DNA of 64,000 nucleotides, taken from NCBI RefSeq assembly GCF_048403405.1, contig NZ_CP183129.1. The stretch is one strand, 5' to 3'. The notes beneath the pieces are model-generated. The model had not been told where the DNA came from, did no database searches, and saw nothing but the letters and a program-made list of their open reading frames with translations. This document shows, piece by piece, positions 1 through 11,635 of this stretch. Made by a program: the position numbers and the translations under genes. The stretch comes from Escherichia coli (GTDB lineage Bacteria > Pseudomonadota > Gammaproteobacteria > Enterobacterales > Enterobacteriaceae). Numbering within the stretch: position 1 is the stretch's first letter; each line of letters begins with the position of its first letter.

Positions 1-213
1 CGTTCGTCAATTATGGTGGGCGAAGTGGACGCCACGACCGCAAGCGGTATTCACGGTCTGGCTGATGAAAACGAAGATATTCGCGTTCATGTGGTAAGCC
101 GGGAACAGGCATACCAGTGGGTAGAAGAGGGGAAAATCGACAACGCAGCGTCGGTCATCGCTTTGCAATGGCTGCAGCTGCATCATCAAGCGTTAAAAAA
201 TGAGTGGGCATAA
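1..213 (+). CDS. nudF: ADP-ribose pyrophosphatase NudF, C-terminal fragment (5' end lies outside the window)
   Basis: ORF runs in frame from the window edge to a stop at 211-213; C-terminal sequence matches remembered NudF; position immediately upstream of yqiB-cpdA-yqiA-parE matches K-12 order. Confidence 0.8.
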
Positions 214-636
214 ATGAAGCGTTACACACCTGACTTTCCTGAAATGATGCGCCTGTGCGAGATGAACTTTTCACAATTGCGCCGTTTGTTACCGCGCAAT
301 GACGCACCCGGCGAAACTGTAAGCTATCAGGTGGCAAACGCACAATATCGGCTGACGATTGTGGAATCGACCCGATACACTACCCTGGTGACAATAGAAC
401 AGACTGCGCCCGCGATCAGTTACTGGAGCCTTCCGTCAATGACGGTGCGTCTGTATCATGACGCGATGGTGGCTGAAGTGTGTTCAAGCCAGCAGATTTT
501 TCGCTTCAAAGCGCGGTATGATTATCCTAATAAAAAGTTGCATCAACGCGACGAAAAGCATCAAATTAATCAGTTTTTAGCGGACTGGTTGCGATACTGT
601 TTAGCACATGGAGCGATGGCGATTCCGGTTTATTAG
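214..636 (+). CDS. yqiB: DUF1249 family protein YqiB
   Basis: 140 aa ORF, ATG directly after the nudF stop; length and synteny match K-12 yqiB. Confidence 0.88.
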
Positions 637-660
637 CGTCGTGAAACCTAAGGACACCAT

Positions 661-1488
661 TTGGAAAGCCTGTTAACCCTTCCTCTGGCTGGTGAGGCCA
701 GAGTCAGGATTTTACAAATTACCGACACTCACCTGTTTGCGCAAAAGCACGAAGCCCTGTTGGGGGTAAACACCTGGGAAAGCTACCAGGCGGTGCTGGA
801 GGCGATTCGGCCACACCAGCACGAATTCGACCTGATTGTCGCGACAGGTGATTTAGCGCAGGATCAATCCTCTGCGGCCTATCAGCATTTCGCTGAAGGC
901 ATCGCAAGTTTTCGTGCGCCCTGCGTCTGGCTGCCGGGCAACCACGATTTCCAGCCCGCGATGTACAGCGCGTTACAGGATGCGGGTATCTCCCCGGCGA
1001 AGCGGGTGTTTATTGGTGAGCAATGGCAAATCCTGTTGCTGGATAGCCAGGTGTTTGGCGTGCCGCACGGTGAGCTGAGCGAGTTTCAGCTTGAGTGGCT
1101 GGAACGTAAACTGGCCGATGCGCCAGAACGCCATACGTTGCTGCTGCTACATCATCATCCGCTACCTGCGGGTTGTAGTTGGCTTGATCAACACAGCCTG
1201 CGTAACGCGGGCGAACTGGATACCGTGCTGGCGAAGTTTCCGCACGTCAAATACTTGCTGTGCGGTCATATTCATCAGGAGCTGGATCTCGACTGGAACG
1301 GTCGCCGCCTGCTGGCAACGCCGTCGACCTGTGTGCAGTTTAAGCCGCACTGTTCCAACTTTACGCTGGACACCATCGCGCCCGGCTGGCGTACTCTCGA
1401 GTTACATGCTGATGGCACGCTGACCACCGAGGTGCATCGCCTGGCGGACACACGTTTCCAACCTGATACCGCTTCAGAAGGCTACTGA
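661..1488 (+). CDS. cpdA: 3',5'-cyclic AMP phosphodiesterase CpdA (metallophosphoesterase)
   Basis: 275 aa; TTG start preceded by an AAGGA ribosome-binding site; metallophosphatase motifs (DTH, GDL, GNHD, GHIH); synteny. Confidence 0.92.
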   Translation: MESLLTLPLAGEARVRILQITDTHLFAQKHEALLGVNTWESYQAVLEAIRPHQHEFDLIVATGDLAQDQSSAAYQHFAEGIASFRAPCVWLPGNHDFQPAMYSALQDAGISPAKRVFIGEQWQILLLDSQVFGVPHGELSEFQLEWLERKLADAPERHTLLLLHHHPLPAGCSWLDQHSLRNAGELDTVLAKFPHVKYLLCGHIHQELDLDWNGRRLLATPSTCVQFKPHCSNFTLDTIAPGWRTLELHADGTLTTEVHRLADTRFQPDTASEGY

Positions 1489-2069
1489 TGTCTACGCTTC
1501 TTTATTTACACGGTTTCAACAGCTCGCCGCGCTCTGCAAAAGCGAGCTTGTTAAAAAACTGGTTGGCGGAACATCACCCTGACGTAGAGATGATCATTCC
1601 GCAGTTGCCGCCGTATCCTTCCGATGCGGCAGAACTGCTGGAATCCATTGTCCTGGAACATGGCGGCGATTCGCTGGGTATTGTCGGTTCGTCACTGGGG
1701 GGATATTACGCCACCTGGTTGTCGCAATGTTTTATGCTGCCCGCAGTGGTGGTAAACCCGGCGGTACGCCCGTTTGAACTGCTGACGGACTATCTCGGTC
1801 AGAACGAGAACCCCTACACCGGGCAGCAATATGTGCTAGAGTCACGCCATATTTACGATCTCAAAGTCATGCAGATTGACCCGCTGGAAGCGCCGGATTT
1901 GATCTGGCTGCTGCAACAGACGGGAGATGAAGTGCTGGATTACCGCCAGGCGGTGGCGTACTACGCTTCCTGCCGCCAGACTGTCATAGAAGGCGGCAAC
2001 CACGCATTCACGGGCTTCGAAGATTATTTCAACCCGATCGTCGATTTTCTTGGTCTGCACCATCTCTGA
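1488..2069 (+). CDS. yqiA: esterase YqiA (alpha/beta hydrolase)
   Basis: 193 aa; start overlaps the cpdA stop (TGATG); GxSxG-type motif GSSLGG; synteny. Confidence 0.9.
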   Translation: MSTLLYLHGFNSSPRSAKASLLKNWLAEHHPDVEMIIPQLPPYPSDAAELLESIVLEHGGDSLGIVGSSLGGYYATWLSQCFMLPAVVVNPAVRPFELLTDYLGQNENPYTGQQYVLESRHIYDLKVMQIDPLEAPDLIWLLQQTGDEVLDYRQAVAYYASCRQTVIEGGNHAFTGFEDYFNPIVDFLGLHHL

Positions 2070-2094
2070 CGATCAACTCGAATTGCTAACTTAA

Positions 2095-3990
<1,896 letters not shown>

Positions 3991-4019
3991 TAATCCTCCC
4001 GCCAGAAGAATAAAACATA

Positions 4020-4051
4020 GCCCGGTATACAAGTGTATACCGGGCTTTTTT
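4020..4051. terminator. Intrinsic terminator hairpin between convergent parE and the receptor gene
   Basis: GC-rich inverted repeat cccggtataca/tgtataccggg followed by a T6 run. Confidence 0.6.
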
Positions 4052-4053
4052 GA

Positions 4054-6195
4054 TCAAAATTCCATTTTCACCGTGAATTGCACTTCACGCGGATCGCCAA
4101 TCTGATTCCCCAGATTATTTGTGGCGATGGAAGAGGTGTAATACGTTTTATCAAACAGGTTTTTGACGTTTAATTGCAGTGTGACCGGATACTGCAATTT
4201 CATTTTGTATGCGGCGAAGGCATCGGCAACGAAATAGCCTGGCAGATAATAGTCAGCCCCATTGGTTGCCGAACGACGGCTTACGCCATGTCCACCACCG
4301 CCAAACGTCAGTGTGTTATTGCCTGGCATGTTATGAATGTCATAGGTCAGGAATAGCGAACCGGTATGACGAGGAACATTCGGCAATGGTTTCCCTGCAT
4401 AATCAGGATCTTCCAGAACCTTAGCATCGGTATAGCCGTAGCTGGCAATGATATTAATGTTTTCAGTTAATGCTCCCGCAAGGTCGACTTCTACCCCTCT
4501 TGAACGAACGCGGCCTGCCGTTTTGGCGATGGTTTCATCACCAATACTTTCGGTATACAACACGTTACGTTTATGGATATCAAACAGCGCAATATCTGCG
4601 GTGATACCATCGAACAGCTCGAATTTTGCCCCGACTTCGTAAGCATTAGATGATTCCGGTGGAAGATCTCCGATGTAGCTGGCAATTGACGATTGCGGCA
4701 TAAATGTTTGCGAATAATTAGCAAATAAGGATACCGATGGCGTCAGTTTGTAGACTAACCCCAGTTTGGGCGTCCATTGTTCATCGCGGCTGTCAGTATT
4801 GACATTAAAAGGACGGCCTTTACCCGCATACTGCGTGTAATACTGATAGCGGATCCCGGCGACGGCAATCCAGTTATCGGTCAGATAGAGCGCGTCCTGT
4901 GCATAAGCTGAGTAGCTCTCCTGTTTGATCGTCTGATCGCTGTCCGACGCCGAGACAGTTGTGCATTTGCTGGTATTGCCGTAAACAGGGTTGTAGATAT
5001 TGAAATCTTTAGCGTTTTTACAGCGAATCATATCTGTGCGCAGAAGATCATAATATTCATATGACACCCCACCCAGAATCTCATTATAGAACCCAGCAAT
5101 ATCAACATTCCCTTGCAGATCCGCACGAGTAGCATGCATACGCTGGGTAGATCCCTGAGTTGCATCAACACGCCGTGTCAGCGTTCCTGTCGTTGCATCA
5201 TACGCGGTAACACGAGCCTGATTATCGCCGTATTTATCCTGGCTGTAGCTGTAATCAAAGCGCGCTGTCCACTGGCTATTGAGATGATATTCTGCGTTGA
5301 GTTGCGCCAGATCGGACTGACCATCTGTAATATTAAACGGTTCGTCAAAACGTATTTTTCGATCAACGTTTACGGGCTGTTTCGTCGTAAGGTCGAAAAT
5401 CGTTCCACGATCGAACGGAGTTTTATAGTCCCGATGGGAATAGAGCATGGTTACTGTTGCATTATCACCAAACCAGGTGAGTGACGGGGCAATAAATGTA
5501 CTGCGCTCTTTACCGAAGTTTCGCCAGTAATCTTCATCCTGCACTTCCCCCGTCAGGCGGTATGCCAGCTGAGTGCCTTCAATGGGACCTGTGATATCAA
5601 GTTGCCCAGTGCCTCCGCCAAAACTGGAGGACGTGGCTGAGACAGAACCATGGAATGTTTTTTCCGGGCGCTTGGTCACGACGTTAATCAATCCACCAGG
5701 ATCGAGAATGCCATACAGCGTGGAGGCCGGACCTTTTAGCACTTCCACACGTTCTGTGGCGGCGTTGAAACTGCGAGGAAGTACAGTTCGCAGGCCGTTG
5801 GTCATGATGGAGCCATCCCGGTTAGCACCAAACCCACGACGTACAAAGGCGTCCTGAGTTCCGCCTAATGTATTGGTCTGTACCACGTTACTGACGTTAT
5901 AAAGCGCTTCATCCAGCGTCGTTGCATTCTGATTTTCCAGAACCTGATCGCTAACCGTATTGACCACCTGCGGGATATCCAGCATCGGCATATCGGTTAA
6001 TGTCGCCATGGAGGTGCTCAGAGGTTGATAACCATCGGTCGCCTCAGTTGCGGTATTTGCATCCGCTGTAACAGTGATTGTTTCGCCATCTTTGGTCGTT
6101 GCAGTGTCGGTTGCATGAATCATTGGTGCTGCAAAGAGCAGTGAAAAGAGCGCCCGACCTTTGATTCCTGAGAATGAAGGTGTGAACTTAGCCAT
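4054..6195 (-). CDS. TonB-dependent siderophore outer-membrane receptor
   Basis: 713 aa; signal peptide; TonB-box-like ETITVTA; plug and beta-barrel features; C-terminal aromatic residue (ends ...KMEF); not part of the K-12 parE-ygiN junction as I recall it. Confidence 0.9.
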   Translation of the reverse strand: MAKFTPSFSGIKGRALFSLLFAAPMIHATDTATTKDGETITVTADANTATEATDGYQPLSTSMATLTDMPMLDIPQVVNTVSDQVLENQNATTLDEALYNVSNVVQTNTLGGTQDAFVRRGFGANRDGSIMTNGLRTVLPRSFNAATERVEVLKGPASTLYGILDPGGLINVVTKRPEKTFHGSVSATSSSFGGGTGQLDITGPIEGTQLAYRLTGEVQDEDYWRNFGKERSTFIAPSLTWFGDNATVTMLYSHRDYKTPFDRGTIFDLTTKQPVNVDRKIRFDEPFNITDGQSDLAQLNAEYHLNSQWTARFDYSYSQDKYGDNQARVTAYDATTGTLTRRVDATQGSTQRMHATRADLQGNVDIAGFYNEILGGVSYEYYDLLRTDMIRCKNAKDFNIYNPVYGNTSKCTTVSASDSDQTIKQESYSAYAQDALYLTDNWIAVAGIRYQYYTQYAGKGRPFNVNTDSRDEQWTPKLGLVYKLTPSVSLFANYSQTFMPQSSIASYIGDLPPESSNAYEVGAKFELFDGITADIALFDIHKRNVLYTESIGDETIAKTAGRVRSRGVEVDLAGALTENINIIASYGYTDAKVLEDPDYAGKPLPNVPRHTGSLFLTYDIHNMPGNNTLTFGGGGHGVSRRSATNGADYYLPGYFVADAFAAYKMKLQYPVTLQLNVKNLFDKTYYTSSIATNNLGNQIGDPREVQFTVKMEF

Positions 6196-6295
6196 TTAGT
6201 CTGTTATCCCAAAAACTCACGGATTGTCGTGAGTGAAAATTGTTTCTTGTTGCTCACTAAGCACTATCCGTTTGTTATTTCACCATCGGATATGT

Positions 6296-6314
6296 AATTG
6301 AGAATCATTCAACC
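6296..6314. promoter_or_regulatory. Possible Fur box in the divergent receptor/ABC-transporter promoter region
   Basis: gtaattgagaatcattcaa matches about 12 of 19 positions of the Fur consensus GATAATGATAATCATTATC, with a conserved AATCATT core; weak on its own. Confidence 0.3.
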
Positions 6315-6568
6315 ATGCGGTGATGTAGTAGTAAATGAGAAATAACAAAAAATTGCTACATGTGTTTTTATGAGAGGTTAATGCAATTCAATTGATGGTA
6401 ATTTATTAATATTTAATGGTTTTATTTTTATCTTTAAAAATATTTCACCTGTTATTTACCTTGTTTTTGTATGGATTTTAACTTCTTGACTACTACATTT
6501 TGTGGCGTCAAACTCTCAAAGGAGAATGAGTTTTATTTTTGTTTGTCTTTGATTAAGTTGGCGTACAC

Positions 6569-7378
6569 GTGGCACATAACGCAAAAGGGCAGGGGCTGAT
6601 CCTCGACAATGTTTCTGCCGGGTATCACAAGAAAATCATTGTTGATGGTGTTTCTTTCTCCGTTCCCACAGAAAAAATGACCGTTCTGGTTGGGGCAAAC
6701 GGCTGTGGAAAGTCGACGTTGCTCAGCACCATTGCACGTATCTTGCAACCTATGGGCGGCTCGATATTGCTGGATGGTAAAGCGATTCACGAGCAACCAA
6801 CGAAAGCGTTATCCCGTAGACTTGGGATCTTGCCGCAGTCGCCATTATTGCCGGAGGGCTTAACCGTTTATGAACTGGTGTCGCGTGGGCGTTTTCCCTG
6901 GCAGAATTTCATTCGTCAATGGAGCGACGCCGACGAGCAGGCGGTAGAAGAGGCCCTGAAATTAACCGGTACGCAGGAGTTTGCACATTTACCTGTTGAA
7001 AAACTTTCTGGTGGGCAGCGCCAGCGTTGCTGGATTGCGATGGTGTTGGCGCAAAAGACGCCTTATATCCTGCTGGATGAACCCACAACCTGGCTTGATT
7101 TACGTTATCAGGTTGAAATTCTTGAGTTATTACATGATTTAACGCGTCATCACGGGCGTACAGTCGTCGTGGTGTTGCATGATCTGAATTTTGCCGTCAA
7201 TTATGGCGATACGTTGATATTTTTACGCCAGGGGAAAGTGGTGCGTGTGTTGAATGAGGGGGAGCATTGCACGCCTGAGCTGGTAAAAGCTGTCTTTGAC
7301 GTTGATGTTCACGCATCAATAAATCCTCTGACGGGAAAGCCGTTCTTCATGCCGTTTCGTGGTGTAGAAAAAGTATGA
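6569..7378 (+). CDS. ABC transporter ATP-binding protein (iron-siderophore importer type)
   Basis: Walker A GANGCGKST, signature LSGGQRQR, Walker B ILLDEPT; GTG start. Confidence 0.9.
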   Translation: MAHNAKGQGLILDNVSAGYHKKIIVDGVSFSVPTEKMTVLVGANGCGKSTLLSTIARILQPMGGSILLDGKAIHEQPTKALSRRLGILPQSPLLPEGLTVYELVSRGRFPWQNFIRQWSDADEQAVEEALKLTGTQEFAHLPVEKLSGGQRQRCWIAMVLAQKTPYILLDEPTTWLDLRYQVEILELLHDLTRHHGRTVVVVLHDLNFAVNYGDTLIFLRQGKVVRVLNEGEHCTPELVKAVFDVDVHASINPLTGKPFFMPFRGVEKV

Positions 7379-8358
7379 TGCGCACAGGGCTGGTTACTGT
7401 AATTTTCCTCGCCTTACTGCTGGTGGGATGCGTGGTATATCCAGGGATTGGTGCCCGATTTATTGCACCACAAACGGTGTTGCAGGCATTTCTTCATTTT
7501 GAACCGCAAAACTTCGATCACAACGTAATTGTAAGACTCCGTTTGCCGCGTTTAGCGGCAGCATTGCTTACCGGTGCTTCTCTTGGAGTTGCTGGTGCTT
7601 TGTTGCAGGCTGTCATTCGTAACCCATTGGGGGAGCCACATATTTTAGGCTTAAATGCCGGAGCCGCTCTTGCTGTCGTTGCTGCCACTGCGCTTGGGCT
7701 GGCCTTTCCGGTTGGACGCCCACTGCTGGCATCTACGGGCGGCGCGTTATTGTTCCTGTTGATATTGCTGCTTTCCTCCGCAGGGCGTTCAGGGTTAACG
7801 CCAATGAAAGTTACTTTATGCGGCGTGGCGCTATCGGCGTTCGTGTCCTCAATAACGGCTGCAATCCTGATTCTTGACGAACAAACACTGCTGGCGATGC
7901 GGACATGGCTAGCAGGTGATTTAGCGGGGCAGGATTGGGTGACGCTGGGTACGTCCGCCTGGTTTTCTCTGGGGGGGGTTGTGTTAGCCATTTACCTTGC
8001 GCCCTCTCTTAACATGTTGGCACTGGGTGATCGCATGGCGCAGGGGCTGGGCGTCTCGGTACTCCGCACGCGAACATTCACTCTGCTTGCGATCGCGTTG
8101 CTCTGTGGCGCAGCCGTATCGATTGCTGGCCCCATTGGTTTTGTCGGTCTGCTAGTACCGCAGATTGTCAGGCGTCTGGTATCAGCGGATCTGCGCGTTC
8201 TGCTCCCTCTTTCAGCTTGTGTCGGCGCGCTTTTGTTATTACTGGCAGATATTATTGCCCGGACGCTTTTCACGCCCCATGAGTTAGCGACCGGTGTCAT
8301 GACGGCGTTAGTTGGTGCGCCTGTTTTTGTCATTATGGCGACGAGGATGTTCAAATGA
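7375..8358 (+). CDS. ABC transporter permease, FecCD/BtuC family
   Basis: 327 aa polytopic membrane protein; 4-bp overlap with the upstream ATPase gene. Confidence 0.9.
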   Translation: MMRTGLVTVIFLALLLVGCVVYPGIGARFIAPQTVLQAFLHFEPQNFDHNVIVRLRLPRLAAALLTGASLGVAGALLQAVIRNPLGEPHILGLNAGAALAVVAATALGLAFPVGRPLLASTGGALLFLLILLLSSAGRSGLTPMKVTLCGVALSAFVSSITAAILILDEQTLLAMRTWLAGDLAGQDWVTLGTSAWFSLGGVVLAIYLAPSLNMLALGDRMAQGLGVSVLRTRTFTLLAIALLCGAAVSIAGPIGFVGLLVPQIVRRLVSADLRVLLPLSACVGALLLLLADIIARTLFTPHELATGVMTALVGAPVFVIMATRMFK

Positions 8359-9404
8359 GTCGGATAATGAACGTCGGGCTACGTCCACTACGTGTTGGTA
8401 AGTTTTCGACACTGGTACGCCCTAAAAATCTGGTGTTGCTTGGTGGGCTGTTTCTGTTTGCGGTTGGAATACTGATATTCGGTCTGATGCATGGTTCTTT
8501 TTCTGTCCCGGCATCGGAAGTAGGACGAGCGTTGTTTGCTCCAGAAAACGTAAGCACAGACGCACGTTATATTGTGCAGGATATTCGCTTGCCGAGAGTC
8601 ATCATGGCATTGCTATGCGGAGCCATGTTAGGTATGGCGGGGGCCGCGATGCAATCCATTGCGCGTAACGGCCTTGCCGATCCTGGTTTAATCGGCGTCA
8701 AAGAAGGATGTAGCGTGGCGGTGCTGTGGCTGATTTTCCAGTTTCCAATGCTGGGAATGTTCTGGCGTCCAGTGGCTGGTCTTGCTGGTGGCTTGTTGGT
8801 GGCTTTAATCGTGATTTTTTGTGCACGCGATATTTCCCGCCCGCGATTTGTTCTGATTGGTATTGGTGTTTCCTGGTTTTTCGCCGCCGGTATCGGTGTA
8901 TTTATGACCACTGCAGATGTTCGAGATGTACAAACTGCATTGATGTGGTTATCGGGAAGCCTGCATGCAGCTAACTGGATGTTAGTCGGTATTTCAGCCT
9001 GTTGGATGTTGCCAGCCGCTCTTTTATTGCTGTTCACCGCCAGGACGGCGGATATCGCTCTGCTTGGTCATCAGGTTGCAACCGGGTTAGGGGTGAATAG
9101 TTCTCGTCTGGCGTTGTTACGTGTCGCCGCACCAATAATCCTGACAGCCGTCTGCGTTTCGTGTGTTGGTAACATCGGTTTTGTCGGATTGATAGCACCC
9201 CATATATCACGTTTTATTCTACGTGGCGGGCAGACGACATTACTGCTGGGGAGCGCCGTATCGGGGGCGTTGTTAGTCATCCTGGCGGATAGCATTGGTC
9301 GTTTGGCTTTTTTGCCTTTGCAACTGCCTGCCGGAATCATTATTTCATTGATTGGTGGACCATTCTTTTTGCTACTGCTCTGGCAGCGCAGGAACAGTTT
9401 TTAA
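8355..9404 (+). CDS. ABC transporter permease, FecCD/BtuC family (second subunit)
   Basis: 349 aa polytopic membrane protein, paralogous to the preceding permease; 4-bp overlap. Confidence 0.9.
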   Translation: MSRIMNVGLRPLRVGKFSTLVRPKNLVLLGGLFLFAVGILIFGLMHGSFSVPASEVGRALFAPENVSTDARYIVQDIRLPRVIMALLCGAMLGMAGAAMQSIARNGLADPGLIGVKEGCSVAVLWLIFQFPMLGMFWRPVAGLAGGLLVALIVIFCARDISRPRFVLIGIGVSWFFAAGIGVFMTTADVRDVQTALMWLSGSLHAANWMLVGISACWMLPAALLLLFTARTADIALLGHQVATGLGVNSSRLALLRVAAPIILTAVCVSCVGNIGFVGLIAPHISRFILRGGQTTLLLGSAVSGALLVILADSIGRLAFLPLQLPAGIIISLIGGPFFLLLLWQRRNSF

Positions 9405-9414
9405 TGGGAGTTAT

Positions 9415-10362
9415 ATGCGTTTATTTTTTTCTCTGCTGATACTGTTGTCATTCTTTGCCCGCGCGACAGAACCTGTTCAGGTCTTTACTGATGATTTAGG
9501 GCGCAAAGTCACTGTTCCTGCTCATCCAAAGAGAATTGTCTCTTTACACGATCTTGATATCACTATTCCTCTGATTGAGCTCGGTGTACCTCCTGTCGCC
9601 AGCCACGGACGAACCCGGCCTGACGGTAGCCATTTCATTCGATCAGGCGCGTTATTGACAGGTGTCGACTTTGATAATTCATCGATCGCTTTTATTGGCA
9701 CCGCTGATATTGATATTGAAGCGATTGTGGCGGCAAAGCCTGACCTGATCATCACAGAACCGACCCGTAATACGCCCATTGAACAACTGGAAAAAATTGC
9801 GCCCACGGTGAGCATTGATCATCTCAAAGGAGGCGCGCCAGAAATCTACCGCAAGCTGGCAGAACTTACAGGAACGCAGTCGCAGCTGGCGATACTTGAA
9901 CGCCGCTATCAGGCACAAATCAATGCGCTGAAGGCGACGCTGGACAGCCAAAAAATAACGGTATCGGTGATTCAGGCAAATCAGGGAAAAATTAATGTGA
10001 TGCATAGCTATCATTCGCTGGGGCGGGTATTACGCGATGCTGGTTTTCGCTTTCCGCCGCTGATTGAGAGCATTCCTGAAGGTGGGCGAATGGATGTGAG
10101 CGCAGAGCGTTTACCTGAACTGGATGCCGATTTTGTTTTTGCAACCTGGCGCGGTGACACCGGTGGTAAACCTCAGGATGAGCTGGCAGCAATGGAAAAA
10201 GTCATGCCGGGATGGTGTCAGTTTCTGACGGCCTGTCGTTCCGGGCGCTATGTGCTGATTTCTCGTGAAGAGGCGATTTCTAACTCCTTTGCATCTCTGG
10301 GGCTGATGGCTGCGCAGATACAATCACAAATTGCGGGACGACCTCTACCGGAGGCTAAATGA
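9415..10362 (+). CDS. Periplasmic siderophore-binding protein of the ABC importer
   Basis: Start moved to the in-frame ATG at 9415, which has a GGGAG ribosome-binding site and begins a typical signal peptide (MRLFFSLLILLSFFARA); the tracked ORF begins upstream at 9352. Confidence 0.85.
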   Translation: MRLFFSLLILLSFFARATEPVQVFTDDLGRKVTVPAHPKRIVSLHDLDITIPLIELGVPPVASHGRTRPDGSHFIRSGALLTGVDFDNSSIAFIGTADIDIEAIVAAKPDLIITEPTRNTPIEQLEKIAPTVSIDHLKGGAPEIYRKLAELTGTQSQLAILERRYQAQINALKATLDSQKITVSVIQANQGKINVMHSYHSLGRVLRDAGFRFPPLIESIPEGGRMDVSAERLPELDADFVFATWRGDTGGKPQDELAAMEKVMPGWCQFLTACRSGRYVLISREEAISNSFASLGLMAAQIQSQIAGRPLPEAK

Positions 10363-11246
10363 TCCAGAAAGACAAAACGCGGGTTGATATTTATGGTGAG
10401 CGTTTTCGCACTCGCGCGAGTCAGTTAACGCCTGGGTTAAGAACTGTCGCAAGCTACATTAATGAGCATCGTGAAGTGGTACTCGAGCAAACGGCGATGG
10501 AAATTGCGGCCACGTTGAACACTTCCGATGCCACAGTTATCAGGGCTATACAGGCTCTGGGGTTTGCCGGGCTGCGTGATCTGAAACGCACACTGGAACA
10601 GTGGCTTGGTCCAGCCCTTAGTTCCAGCGAAAAGATGTCTACGACGGTGAGTAACTTGACGAGCGATGTTAACACCGCAATCGACTTTGTTCTTGAAGGG
10701 CATTTGTATACTTGTAATGTCCTGTCAGAGCCTGAAAACCGCCACGCGCTTGCGCAAGCTGTAGCGTTGTTGGTGCAGGCACGGCAAGTCGCTATTTTTG
10801 GCATTGGCGCTTCGGGTATCCTGGCGGACTATACCGCACGACTATTCAACCGCATAGGTTTGCCTGCCACGGCACTAAACCGTACGGGTATTGGCCTTGC
10901 CGAGCAACTGATCGCGCTTCAACGTGGCGATGTTCTGATCATGATGGCGCAAAAATCTGCGCACCGGGAAGGGCTGACAACGCTTCGTGAGGCGAGGCGG
11001 CTGGGGATCCCTGTTATTTTGCTGACAAACGCGCTGGATTCACGTTTTAGCAAAGACGCCAGTATCGTGATTCATGTTCCGCGCGGGGATGAAAGGGGGA
11101 AAACGCCACTACATGGTACGGTATTGTTGTGCCTGGAAATGATTGTTTGGTCGGTGGCTTCCGCGATGCCGCAGCGTGCGGTTAAAACCATTAAGCGAAT
11201 TAACGATTTCCATCGGGGTTTGAAAACGGGAAGAAAGAATGGCTAA
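10359..11246 (+). CDS. RpiR/MurR-family transcriptional regulator (helix-turn-helix plus SIS domain)
   Basis: 295 aa; N-terminal HTH and C-terminal sugar-isomerase-like domain pattern; start overlaps the binding-protein stop (ATGA). Confidence 0.8.
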   Translation: MIQKDKTRVDIYGERFRTRASQLTPGLRTVASYINEHREVVLEQTAMEIAATLNTSDATVIRAIQALGFAGLRDLKRTLEQWLGPALSSSEKMSTTVSNLTSDVNTAIDFVLEGHLYTCNVLSEPENRHALAQAVALLVQARQVAIFGIGASGILADYTARLFNRIGLPATALNRTGIGLAEQLIALQRGDVLIMMAQKSAHREGLTTLREARRLGIPVILLTNALDSRFSKDASIVIHVPRGDERGKTPLHGTVLLCLEMIVWSVASAMPQRAVKTIKRINDFHRGLKTGRKNG

Positions 11247-11254
11247 TCTGACCT

Positions 11255-11283
11255 GAGGCCGGTAGCAACACCGGCCTCTTTTC
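11255..11283. terminator. Bidirectional intrinsic terminator between the regulator gene and ygiN
   Basis: Stem gaggccgg/ccggcctc with an 8-nt loop, followed by TTTT. Confidence 0.6.
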
Positions 11284-11290
11284 AGGAATG

Positions 11291-11605
11291 TTAAATCCCC
11301 GGTTGCAGAATACGGATATTCATCTCCAGCACGTCGCCTTTTACGGCTTCGCTGTACGCCTTCATGTGCGGGGTTTGCAGATGCGCTTCAAGATGCGCGA
11401 TGCTTTCCCACTGCTCAATCATCACGATAGAATCCGGTGCCATAGACTGGAAACTCACGCCAGCAGCGCAATCCACCATTGGCGTATAGCCGTGGCAACC
11501 TTCTTCTTTCAGTACGGTTGGAACGATTTTAGCAAACTGATCCAATACTGCCTGACGGTGATGTTGACCAGGACGAGTACGGATTTCTGCGATTACGGTA
11601 AGCAT
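11291..11605 (-). CDS. ygiN: Quinol monooxygenase YgiN (ABM domain)
   Basis: 104 aa; adjacent to mdaB as in K-12. Confidence 0.92.
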   Translation of the reverse strand: MLTVIAEIRTRPGQHHRQAVLDQFAKIVPTVLKEEGCHGYTPMVDCAAGVSFQSMAPDSIVMIEQWESIAHLEAHLQTPHMKAYSEAVKGDVLEMNIRILQPGI

Positions 11606-11635
11606 GGTTAACTCCTTCTAAAGCCTGAGCTCTAG

